Below, piece after piece: positions 26,123-37,400 of a stretch of 64,000 nucleotides of DNA (within the stretch, counting starts at the first letter, position 1; every line of letters begins with the position of its first letter). Made by a program: the position numbers and the translations under genes. The DNA is from Paraspadella gotoi (taxonomy: Eukaryota > Animalia > Chaetognatha), in the NCBI GenBank assembly GCA_051294375.1, contig JBJCIZ010000028.1:806437-870436 (forward strand), read 5' to 3'. Under the pieces are notes generated by a model. The model made no database searches. It worked only from the letters and a program-made list of their open reading frames with translations, and was not told where the DNA came from.

Positions 26123-29100
26123 TACGTCTCCGCGCCGTCTAATCTCCTCGACTTCGACCTGGCGACGGCGGTGATCTACTGCATCCTCGGTTGCCTCTCC
26201 GGCGCCGTCAATCTCATCCTCGAGGTGCGCCTCTTTCGAGAGCGCGTCCTGGCCCGGCGCCAACTCCGCTACGGCACCGCCCACTCCGCCATCAAAGGTT
26301 CGGGGAGAAATTTGACGAACAATTAATGTCACTATTTTTTTTTTTTATCTCACCAGACGGGCGAATGCCCGACTTGGGCGAGATGTTAATTTGTTTCTGC
26401 TTCTTTTGACCGTTGTTGTCGTCGTCACGCTGTTTTAACATTGAAAATAGCAAAAGTGTATAACCATAAGAAGCTGAAACTTTAGATATGGCTTCTCATC
26501 ATTTCAAATATTATGTTTCATATTCTTATGTTCATTTGTTTATATTTTATTTATAAAACAATTTTTATATATATAGACGAGTTCAGCTTTGCAGCAGCTG
26601 TTAAGCGGCTGTCCAGATTTCTTTCTCTTTCACTCATACACGCATTTGTTTTTATAATAAATGATTCGTCGCGTCAATGAATTATTAATAATGAATTATG
26701 AATGACTATCGACGCATTAATGAATGACTTTTATCGTATCGATGAATGATTATCATCGCATCAATGAATGTTTATCATCTCATCAATATTTGGTTATCAT
26801 CATATTATCAATCAATTACTGTTACATCAATCAATCAATTTTTAATTACATCAATCAAGGCAATTACTATTACAACAATCATTCTATTACATCAATCCAT
26901 TTATTACATCAATCAATCAATTACTATTATATCAATAATTCGTTATCGCATCAATTGTTTTTTTTATTAATTTTCATTGACAGTAACTTCTGGCGAGATC
27001 ATTATACTTTTAAGATTTTTTAAAATTAATTCAGGCGGGATTCACGGCTATCGACGCGAACACTCGCTCGACCGTCCCGACAAATACCTCACCCTCGTCT
27101 TGCCTCTTCTACTCTCCACAGTGCTCTTGCAGGTAGCGCAACGATTTCGCGGTTCGGTTCGCTGTGCCATTTCTCGAAAATATTCTTGTCTAGACTTTAT
27201 CATTGATTGTATTCATTCATTCATTCTTCCATCTATCCATTCATACGTCTACGTATTAATTCATTCATTCATTCATCGAGCCCTCCCTTTCCAATCCAGT
27301 CTCTCCCATCGGCCATCATCAACACGTTCTACATCAACTATTGCGCCAACCTCAACGTCCGCTCGTGCGAATCCTTCCCCGCCATCCCCTGCAGCGTAAG
27401 AGGCTACCACATTCCTCCGCAGGTACTATATATATATCTCTACGTTTTACTATATTAATATTCTTTTAATTTTAATTAATTTAAATTATCAAACCACTCT
27501 TCAAGGGTATGCCGATCGTGCAGTTCCTGACTCTCGCCTCTTCGCTCATCTCGCTTCTTGGGACTTCGCTTCGTCTCCTCTTCGCTCCTGGTGAGTTGTT
27601 GTTGTTGTTGTTAGTTTGATTTTGTTTGTTGTACCTTGTAAACTTCAAATTCCCCCCTTCCCTGTCGACAGTTTTCATCTGCCGCGGCGCCTGCGACGGC
27701 TGCAGCAAATGCTGCAAAGACGAGGACGACGACGACGATGATTACGACGAGGACCGCGAGAGGCAAGTTTTCTAATTTACCATAAAATTAGCGCGACCAA
27801 TATATAGAAATTGTCCATTCATTTATTAAATAAGCTACTTTGCCCCTGACTTCGGACAAGCTCCAAGGCCCTCCATCACATTTACAAGATAATATCATAG
27901 CAAGACCCTGAAAGCTTTTCAACTCTCTCTCACCGTCTGGTTTATTCACATTTAAATTTCACCCTGTTACTCACGCTCCCTCTTCCTCATCAGATGCTGT
28001 TGCAAGCACAACGCCTGCGCCAAAGCCTTTTACTGCGTTCTCTCCTTCATGTCCTTCATTTTGGGTCTCGTCGCAATCTTCGTCGTCGTCGTCGTCAACT
28101 TCGTCGATTCGTCGTCGGTATCGTCGCGACCCGAGGCGCAGTGGCACGGTGAGAAAAGGGTTGCTTGAGTTATTAAGGGAAGGGTAACGATTTTTATTAT
28201 TTTTTAATATTAATTAAAATTGTTCATATCTGGTTTATCAGTTTCTTTAAATATATAGATTAATTGTTGGATAATTTTGTATTAAATTAGAAATTAAAAA
28301 ATGTGACCTATTGGAATAAATTAGTTTTATTCCATTTTTATATATTATATGAAATTGGCTACCTAATTTTCAAACGTAAACAATATTTTACTATTTGACA
28401 TGTTAACTTGCCTTGTTTTTTTAGTCAATAGTCATGTATGAATTTTACAATATTGTAACATTCATTTCTTTCTGTTCCCCACAGTGCCTCCGATGCGCTC
28501 GAACCACACCATCCGCTTCCATGGGTCTCACTCTTTTTCGGAGAACGGCTCCCCGCGCACCAGATCCTTTGAGGTGAACGCGGATCTCAAGCAGCTCGTC
28601 GCCCACGGCGCCGGTGGCCTTTTCGTTACCTATCGGGCCAAGTGCAAGGACATCCTTTACAACGGCCTGCCAGAGGTTGGTTTTGGTTTATTTTGGTGGT
28701 GGGGAAACGTGAAGCAATAAGAAGCTTCTTGGTCGGTCTGTTTATAGTATATATAATATAAAATTAAATTTTTAATGAAATAATTCAAAATTTAAATACT
28801 ATCTAGGAAAAAAGTTAGAAACATTTAATTGAGGATATTCCTTCCATTTTTTCGTAGACAAAATAAGATTGCTACTCAAGTGAAAATGGCGGAAAAAATG
28901 GCCTTTAGTTTTCCACAATTCTTGGTATTGAGTTATTTGTTTCTATTTCAAATTGAGTTAGTTATTTTTTTCATTTTAAATTTGGTTATGCCGAATAGAC
29001 AGCCCCTCTCTTTGGTTCATAAAGGTGCAATTGTAGCTCTCTGAAAAATAGGGAAAGACGCAACAATTCATCAGCAATAGACTTGGAATCCCTCGTTCCA

Positions 29101-30684
29101 CCATTGCAAATTTTTTACGGCGATACAACAAATCAAAACATTTGGTGTGTCAGCTTTACGAAGCATGCCCAGACGAATGCAGGCAGTGGTCGATGCCGAG
29201 GGAGGGCATACCAAATATTGAGAATGTTTTACCCATGTTTTGTATATTTTTTATTGAATAAATGAACTTTTAAAAAAAAATGTTCTAATATTTTCTAGAT
29301 AGTACTTAAAAAAAGGGAAGGTATAAGCATCATAAACAAATGATAAAAATCGTGTATTAGCTTTAAAATACATGAAGTTTAAAAAAATATATAAAAAAGT
29401 TGCATTTATAAATTGTTATATTAATAAGATAAAAAGCCGCGTGATACTAGAGAGGAACTTTACATTTTCGCCCTCCACTATCCCCATCCCCCTTCCCCCT
29501 TCCCCATCCCCCATCCCCCTTCCCCCTCCAGTCGATCTCCATCTCCGAACGTCGCGTGGACCACGTCTGGATCTCCCTCCCACTTGCGCTGCCACGCCCA
29601 GTTCGTCAAGCAGAAGCGACGCCAACCGTCCGGCGAGCGTCTCAAGGAATCCAACTGCACCGGAACCAAAGTCTGGAACGAAGACGGCGACTGCGACACC
29701 CTCTTCAGGGTCATGTTCGATCGGAAGAGGTAAGAGGAGATGGAGGGTTGAGTGTGGCGCTTGTCATTCTTATCAAGTTGTTACGTTGAATCTTACAATG
29801 AATCCTTCCTTCCTCTTTTTTCCTTTTCTTTTCCTTCTTTTTCCTTTCCTTCTTTTTCCTTTCCTTTATTTTATTTCTTTTTCTTTCCCTTTCCCCCTCC
29901 CCAGATCTCCACCCTTATCCTTCAGCGCGGTTCCCGTCGACGCCGACGGACGCGTGAGAAACGACGGAGGGAATCCCTTCGCCGACGCCTGCGCCATCAA
30001 CCGGTTTTGGCGACAGCAGACGCTCAAAGCCTCCTTCGTGACATCTTGTCGTCGTCGTCTCGTCGACTGCGATTGGATCAAGACTCACCTCTCCTCCTTC
30101 CTTCCTCCCTCGTGGGTCGACTGGGTCGCCTTGGGGTTGCCCTTTTGTCCGCGAGAGATGGGTAAGTTCGGGCTAATTCAAGTTTCATCCTTGCAACTTC
30201 CAACTTCCAATGGAAGTAAGACGGTTTTAAAACCTTTGGGTTCTTTTGATTTAATAATACCAATTCGTTTAAATTAGGGGCAAGATGGCTTATTTATTGA
30301 ACGAATGGATTATTTTAATTTTGATTGTACCAATGTCATATTTGTTATGTAAAATTTTATTTACATTTATTAAATCAATTATTTTATATTGGTTATGATA
30401 ATTTCACATAACAAATATGACATTGGTACAACCAAAATTAAAATTATCCCCTCATTCAATAAATAAGCTATCTTGTTCCTGACTTTGGACAAGTTTTAGA
30501 GTCATTTATGTATAGTTCATTTGTGTGCGTGCAATTATGTTACAAAATTCGATTGTTTTTTTTCTCAGCCTACGATCAACGCCCCGAGTCTTGTCTCCTC
30601 GTGGACGCGGAGGCCCGCGCCCGATTCCAACACGTCACCGTCGAGATTCATCATCCCAAATATGGACGGCCTCTCGTCCACTAA
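26123..30684 (+). CDS. Uncharacterised multipass membrane protein with a Cys-rich loop and Cys-containing C-terminal domain (start codon not resolved)
   Basis: GC-rich, phase-compatible exons 26123-26297, 27035-27132, 27300-27422, 27506-27590, 27672-27762, 27994-28148, 28485-28675, 29532-29729, 29905-30161, 30569-30684 (TAA). There are 4-5 hydrophobic segments. One probable indel lies near 29578. Confidence 0.7.
28799..29302 (+). mobile_element. Internally deleted Tc1/mariner DNA transposon in an intron
   Basis: TA|CTATCTAGGAAAAAAGTTAGAAACATTT...AAATGTTCTAATATTTTCTAGATAG|TA gives imperfect TIRs with a TA target duplication. The interior encodes a broken N-terminal HTH (MPNRQPLSLVHKGAIVAL*...ISNRLGIPRSTIANFLRR) fused to the Tc1 C-terminus SMPRRMQAVVDAEGGHTKY* (stop at 29219-29221). 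Confidence 0.9.
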
Positions 30685-33600
30685 GGAACGGGGGCTGGGC
30701 GTGGCAAAGACGATGGGCGTTAGAAGGGAAAGGGAGGAAAGCTGGGGGCGTGGATGAGATAATCTGGCATTTGGGTGGCGTTGATAGGCGGGGAAGAGGT
30801 GAAAGTGAGTCTTGCGAGCGAGATGGCATTAAAGTTAGTGCCATGTTTTTTTTGGAGAAGCGAGGGGTAGCGTCGTCGTAAGATAAAAAGTGAAGGCATG
30901 GTTTAAGAAGAAAGTAAAGATGGCCGCTTAGAAGATGGGAGAGCCGATGCATGGGGTGGAAATGCGAGGGGATTTTCGAGGAATTTCAAAAACTAGTAGT
31001 AATGGGTAGGTTAAATTTGTTTATTTTTAGTATTTGGCTATACTGGAAGAGTATCAAGCTGGTAAAAAGAAAATCGGAAATATGTCGTCCGGAAACGGAC
31101 AATTTTAATGCATGTTATTTACAAGTAACTTATTTTTTGTGAAGGATCTACACGTAGTTTTTTTATGATCTTACGCCATCGAGATTAAATGTTAAATATG
31201 AAGTAAAATTAAACTCCGCAGAGGCTGACTTCTTGAAAATTTTAAACAAGCAAATATCGTGTATGGAATTTTAATAAAAACGTTTGTATTTATTTAACTG
31301 TAAGCATAAGAAAAAAATTTTTTAAAGACTTTCTTATTTTACTATTTCCCTGCTTCTTATTCTTTTGACTCCGTTTTCTTCTCTCTTTAACTTTGTCCTT
31401 TTTTCTCGCCTTTTTCATTCAATAAATTTATGTTATACATAATCCGTGATTACTTCTAATCACATTTATCAATTTAACTTGACTACATTACATTTGGAGA
31501 GTTTTTGGGCAGCAAAAATGTTTAAAAAAAAAAATTATTAAAATTATTTTGTTAGCCTTATTTATTATCTACCCACTACTTAGCACATTTAAAATATGGA
31601 TGTGTTAAGATGTTATTAATCTCTGACTTTTTCGGCAGCTCATTTTTAGTAATATTTACAATGCATTATCCATTATTCATTCTACGCAGCGCGTATTGCA
31701 ATATGCGTCCCTTAAAATTTCTACTCAAGGATTCAAAGAACTCGTGAAGAGTCAGTTTTTTTACAACTACCGTATATTCCGGTTTTAACGGTTTCATGAA
31801 GCGCGGATGATTTGTTTATATCAGGAGCCTTGTCTATAAAAATTTGCTTCGCTACATGAGTCTTTAAAACAAGAAGTTACGGAAGTTTTGTTCGCATCCA
31901 ATGCGGGTTTCTTTGGTCTCAAATATTATTATTCATGTTAAAAAAATAAATATTTTCATTCTATATTAAAAAAACAAATAGTTGAGTTCATTGGTTCATT
32001 AATGCTCTTTTTTATACCAACCTATAACGGATAAACATTGTGCCTGATCCAAATTTATGGCCTTAACTCTATAACTCTTCACCCCTCAAAGAAAAAATGC
32101 GTTTTCCGCCCATTTATATGTTTAATAATATATTTTTACAAAGAAAACAACATTATTTGCAATTTATACAAATGCATGTATTTTATATATTTCTGAGAGT
32201 TGTTTTACCAACACTCGTTTTGACTTAACTTTTTTGTCGCTTTTTTAGACTTAGTCGATGTGTCGTCGTGTTTTGCCGTCTCACGAAACCTCGTACAAGT
32301 TTTGTTTTGTTTTTATCCAATCGAGGCTGACATTTTATGGCAATAGAGGCTGACTTTTTTGTCACTTTTTTGCTACAATTTTTACATGTTTCGATCGTTG
32401 CTTCGAATTTTGTAAAGTGTAAACTTATTTTCATGTATATTGTAAAATGTATGAATCTTTTGTCTTACTCAATTTTTTTTTTGTTGAAATATTATTATAT
32501 TATTATTGTAAGAGTTTATCGCAGACATAGTTTGAACAAAGATTCATCTTTAACTCGGATCTCGTTTACGATCAGATACTGATTGTGAATATATATTAAA
32601 TATTGTCTACATAGTTGAATTGAAGACTCTTTTACTGATTCTAATGAATTTTCTTCATTTGTAAGATTGTTTTATACATCGTCCCATTTAATTCTTTTTA
32701 AAAAAATAATTCTCCGCGACTTGAATGCACTAATAGTTTTTTCGAGTTAAGATTAAAAAGTTTTATTTTTCAAGTGTAATATAAATAAATATTAGAGTAG
32801 GTGGCACCCCCTTACATAGGCTTGCGATGTATGGGAAAAATTTAATTTCTAATATGAATATTTTGTAAGTGTTAAAAATAACACTAGTCAGTTATTACAG
32901 CGATTTAAGCTTATTATTCAATATTCTTTCATAACTTATATTAACCTGTATTCATGATACATTATCATTTTTTATTTTGTTCTTCGCATGCATCATTTTC
33001 ATTATTTTTTTTTGTTGCTTTTCACGATAGAGAAACTCACCGATCTATTATTATATTGGTTTGTTTTTGATAATTATTACTAGCATTGTCTTATTCGCGA
33101 ATTTTTTTAAAAAACTTGTTTTGAAAATATAAGATATTTCTTAACTTCATCTAATAATTTTTTCAAGACAGATAGAGAGCTTTGGCACTGTCTTGTTATT
33201 TTTAGGCGAAACCCTGCGAAAAAAAAACGCGCGCCGAAGTTAGTTCGAAGGGATATTGTCTATTGAGATGGTCTCGAGTGGCGAATCTACTATTGTGCGC
33301 TAATCCAGTTTTTTCAAAATGTTTCCTAATCTCATCGATTATTTTTCCCTCTCGCACGAATGTTAAAGTGGATTGAAAGAGTTTGGAAGGTGAAAGAAAA
33401 AGGTGAAGGAAAAAGTAAAAGTGAAAGAAATGAAAAAGTGGGGAAAAGAGAGAAAATAAATTAAAAAAAAAAGTTAGAAGCTGAAGTGGAGAGTTTTCGA
33501 TTTCCTAGAAACGAAAAAATCAAAGACGAGTTGACTCGACGTCGAACCAAATCGATCATCGACCCGGGGACGACCTTCGTGAATTTTGGAATGTGAAAAG

Positions 33601-34422
33601 AACGATACGGAGATGTGAAAAGTCACGAAACGAAGTGGACTCTTTCAGCCCCCCCCCCCCCGGTGCGCTTTCCCTGCCCCCCCCCCCCGGTGCGCTTTCC
33701 CTCTAATTCTACGCTGCGGTGCCGCCGACCCCAGTGTTCCGCCAAACGTGATACGCGCTACGCCGCTACGGGAATATCTTTTCTACGGGAGGCGAGTTTT
33801 GGAGATTGGAAAACGTCGGGTCCGAGCCTCTGTTACGTGACGATAGGCCAACTGTAATTGACTGATTCGTGGACTTTTTGAATTCCTAACTCGCCCCCCT
33901 CCCCAAAAACAAAAATAAATTGCAGGATGCGGCTTTTAATTCTTTCGCGTTTCGTTGTTCTATTATTTTTTGCCTTGATATTATTAATAAATAATAATAA
34001 TAATTAATAAATATAATTAATAATAACGTCGTATTTTAAATTATACTTGATACAATTGTTTGACCAAACGCCACCCTCGTTTTTCTTCATTCCAGACAAA
34101 ATTTTTTTTGTTCTTAAACATGAATTGGAAAGACGCGCGACGAACGGCGACGACGAAGCGACGATGACCCCCGGATGTGTTTTGAACCCCGGATGTGAGA
34201 GGACGAAGGTGAGTTTCTCTAGGTGAGGAGAGAGATGTTGCGGGTTTTGAATCACTACCCTGTATAAGGAACGACCGTAAAAGATTTCATTAAATCCCGT
34301 GTCTTTGTATTTCGTCCAGTTCGTTGGTCACAGGGTAATAATATTGTGTATAATATATTAAGTTAAACATTTTTCATAATCCCAAGTTTCCTGTCCCCCC
34401 CCTCTCCCTTTCCCTCAGAGGA

Positions 34423-37400
34423 ATGAAGCGACGAGGAAAGGAGTCGAAGGAGGAAGAAGAAATTAAATTGAAGAGAAGAGAAGAGAGAGACGAAGGCGGA
34501 AGCGGAAGCCAAATGAGAAGCGATGCTCGTCAAGAAGATGAAGGAAAACCGAGATATAAAAGGGAAGGCGACGAAGGTGAGGCTTTCCCGATTCACGGTC
34601 TCCTCGTTAATTTTATTATTTTTTTTCAATCGGTTAACATGTACTGGGCCACTATGCTCTTCTTTTCTCGTTTGTACTACCGGCTCATAAACCTTTTTTC
34701 CCTATTCATTCCTCTCGCCCCTCTCGCTCTTCCCTGTATCCTCCTCGCCAGAATCGCCCTCCCTACTTCGCCCCAAGCGCTCCGTCCGGCGTCGTTCCCT
34801 TGACATCATCACCCCGGACGTCTCCTGCTACATCGACCAGAAAAAGTGGGCCGCCTACGAGGAGAAGCAGCTGCGCCGCGCCATCAAATTGTCGCTTAAA
34901 CAATCGGGCGGAGTAGACGCAGCTGGCTCTACTTACGCGTCCGAGAAAGCGGACAAGGCGGAGAGGGGTCGGCGGCGAGGTCGCACGGGTAAGGGCCTTG
35001 ATATAGGAAAAAGTGTTAATCAATGTTTAAGCAATTGTCTTTTCTTCTTACAGCGCCGTCGTCGTTATCTTCTCGCCGGGACCGCAGCGGATCTTCAGAA
35101 GCCAGCCTTTCCGGGTCGAGCTCATGCAGGACAAGGTCGGGCACGATCTCCGTGGATACTCGGAACAAGGGGACCGCCGTGACTACATCGGAAACCGGAC
35201 CGACGGACCGATCAAGATCAACCGGACCGACGATGACAACTAGTCCGTCATCGTCGTCGTTGTCCGATTCCAAATCCGCGCTCACGTCGGCCACCGTCAT
35301 GTCCTCGACCTCCGTCCGACCGGTCCTCAGATTCGTGGCCGACGTTTCGCCGGAAAAAGAAGAAGTATCAGCGTCGGAGGGCGAGTCTTTGGCTCCGGAA
35401 AACGTCTCGAAAGGCCCCGAAGCCTGCGTCGTCGAGTCCGCATCCTCCAGCCATGTCGCCGCGGTTTCTCGGTCGCACAGTCGCCCTGATAATGACGAAG
35501 AAGAGTCTCGCGATTCGCGGACTCGGGAGATTGAAGTTATTTCGCTGGGATCGTCCACGTCGATCGGCTCAACTTCGACGGTCAAAGCATCTCCTCCGAT
35601 CGGCTTCACCGCTGACAATGGATCGAATCCAGCGCCGAGTATTTCCTCGATATCCATCTCCGACTCGGATTCTTTGAACGAATCCTTTCCACCTCTGGCG
35701 TCGAAAAAGGACGTCTCGGCAGCGGATTCCTGTTGTTCCGGAGAAACCGTGGATTACTCGGATTTCTCTGCCAGGACTGCGGCTCGTTGTTTAGAAGATG
35801 CTACTGCAGAAGCTGCCCTCGTCATAGAATCCTCAAAGGGAATCATTGAAGCCTCACCAATCGTAAGTTCTGCGATGACATTATCACCTTCTGTCGAGAA
35901 TGCAACCATTGTTGTTTCCTCTGATGAGACAGCAACCGATTCTGAAACCGGCAATAAAACTTCTGTTGCTGCAAAAACTAAACATTTTTCTCTCGAGACT
36001 AAAACTACATCCACGCCTTTTATCGAGATGACTGTAAATGATTCCGACTCTTATCAAACTGCCACTGATACGACTCCTTTTGAGTCCGCATCATCATCGC
36101 CTTCAGCTTCAATTTCTCACGGAGATGCGGAAACATCCAAAGATTTTCTTAGGTCGTCGTCGGTTGCCTTTGCAGCCGCTGACTCTTCCGCCGAATCCGC
36201 CCCAGAGACGCCGGAAGGATCGATCCTCTCCCTCTTTGCCTTACCTTCTCCCTCTCTGGATTTTAATTCTCCGCCGCCACCTCCTTCAAACGCAAACAGG
36301 CTCGTATTCGATCTCGTCGACATAATTCGCAATTCCCCGTCGCCGCCGCCCGACGTCGCAGCCTCTACTCGATCCTCTGCCCCGGAAAACGTCGCGAAAG
36401 GCGCCGAAGCCTGTGTCGTCCAGTCCGCATCCTCCAGCCATGGCGCCGCGGTTTCTCGGTCGCCCAAAACCTCTAGCGACCCACCCAGTCGATCCTCGAA
36501 TGATGATGACCCATCTCCCGTGGCTTATCGGACGCGGCGCTCCTCGGCACCGAAATTGAAAGGATCGTCGGCCAGAGATTCGTCGAGGGGACGCGGAAGA
36601 GGAGGAGGAAGCTCGAGAGGTCGTGGCGGAGACGCTCGTTTGACGAGGAGCGTCGATTCGGAATCCTCGTCCTCTTCGGCCAAAGAGAATTCGGCGTCGC
36701 GGTCTAGGAGATGCGAGACGCCCGATTCGGGTGAGCGGGGAGGGAACAACGAAGTTTATTTCTTTAAACGCAACGAAACGAGAGTCCTTTCACTATATCT
36801 GCAAAAAGTATAATAATAATAATAATAATGATAATAATAATAATAATAATTTTAACTGATGAATTCCGTAAGGCATCATGGCTTTGGGTTTAACTTTTGG
36901 AGTCGGCAAATGAAAATGAGGACTGCTGGATGGAGTCGTACGATGGCTTGATGTTACCCCTGGACAAAGTCAATTGTTAACCCTTTATTTTTAAAAGAAT
37001 GTCCTTAATATTGATAATAATAATTGTGATAATTATAGTTAATATTAATAAATAATCTCTTACTTCTCTTCTCAGACGACTTCTCCTTCGTCGCCCCTAC
37101 CTCGCCCCTCTCCACGGCGGAGACGGCACGATGCGCGTTGAGGGCGCAGCGAAAATTCGCGTCCAACGCCGCCCCGCCTCGTCATCGACTCTTCGGCTTT
37201 AATAACAGCAACAACAACGACGACGGGAAGAACTCCAGAGCGGAATTTGCTTTTTCATATCCTCGGCGCGACGGCGACAGCGACAGCGAAGAGGGAAATG
37301 TAAGAACATTAAGCCTCGTACATAACTTTTTGATAACGTTTTTGATTAAATTCTTTTTTCGGTGCTCAATTACATTTATCAATAAATAAATTTCTAACAT

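Noticed and set aside
30690-33200. Short ORFs in the AT-rich interval
   Set aside because: No exon-like composition, splice pattern or motifs. Treated as UTR/intergenic.
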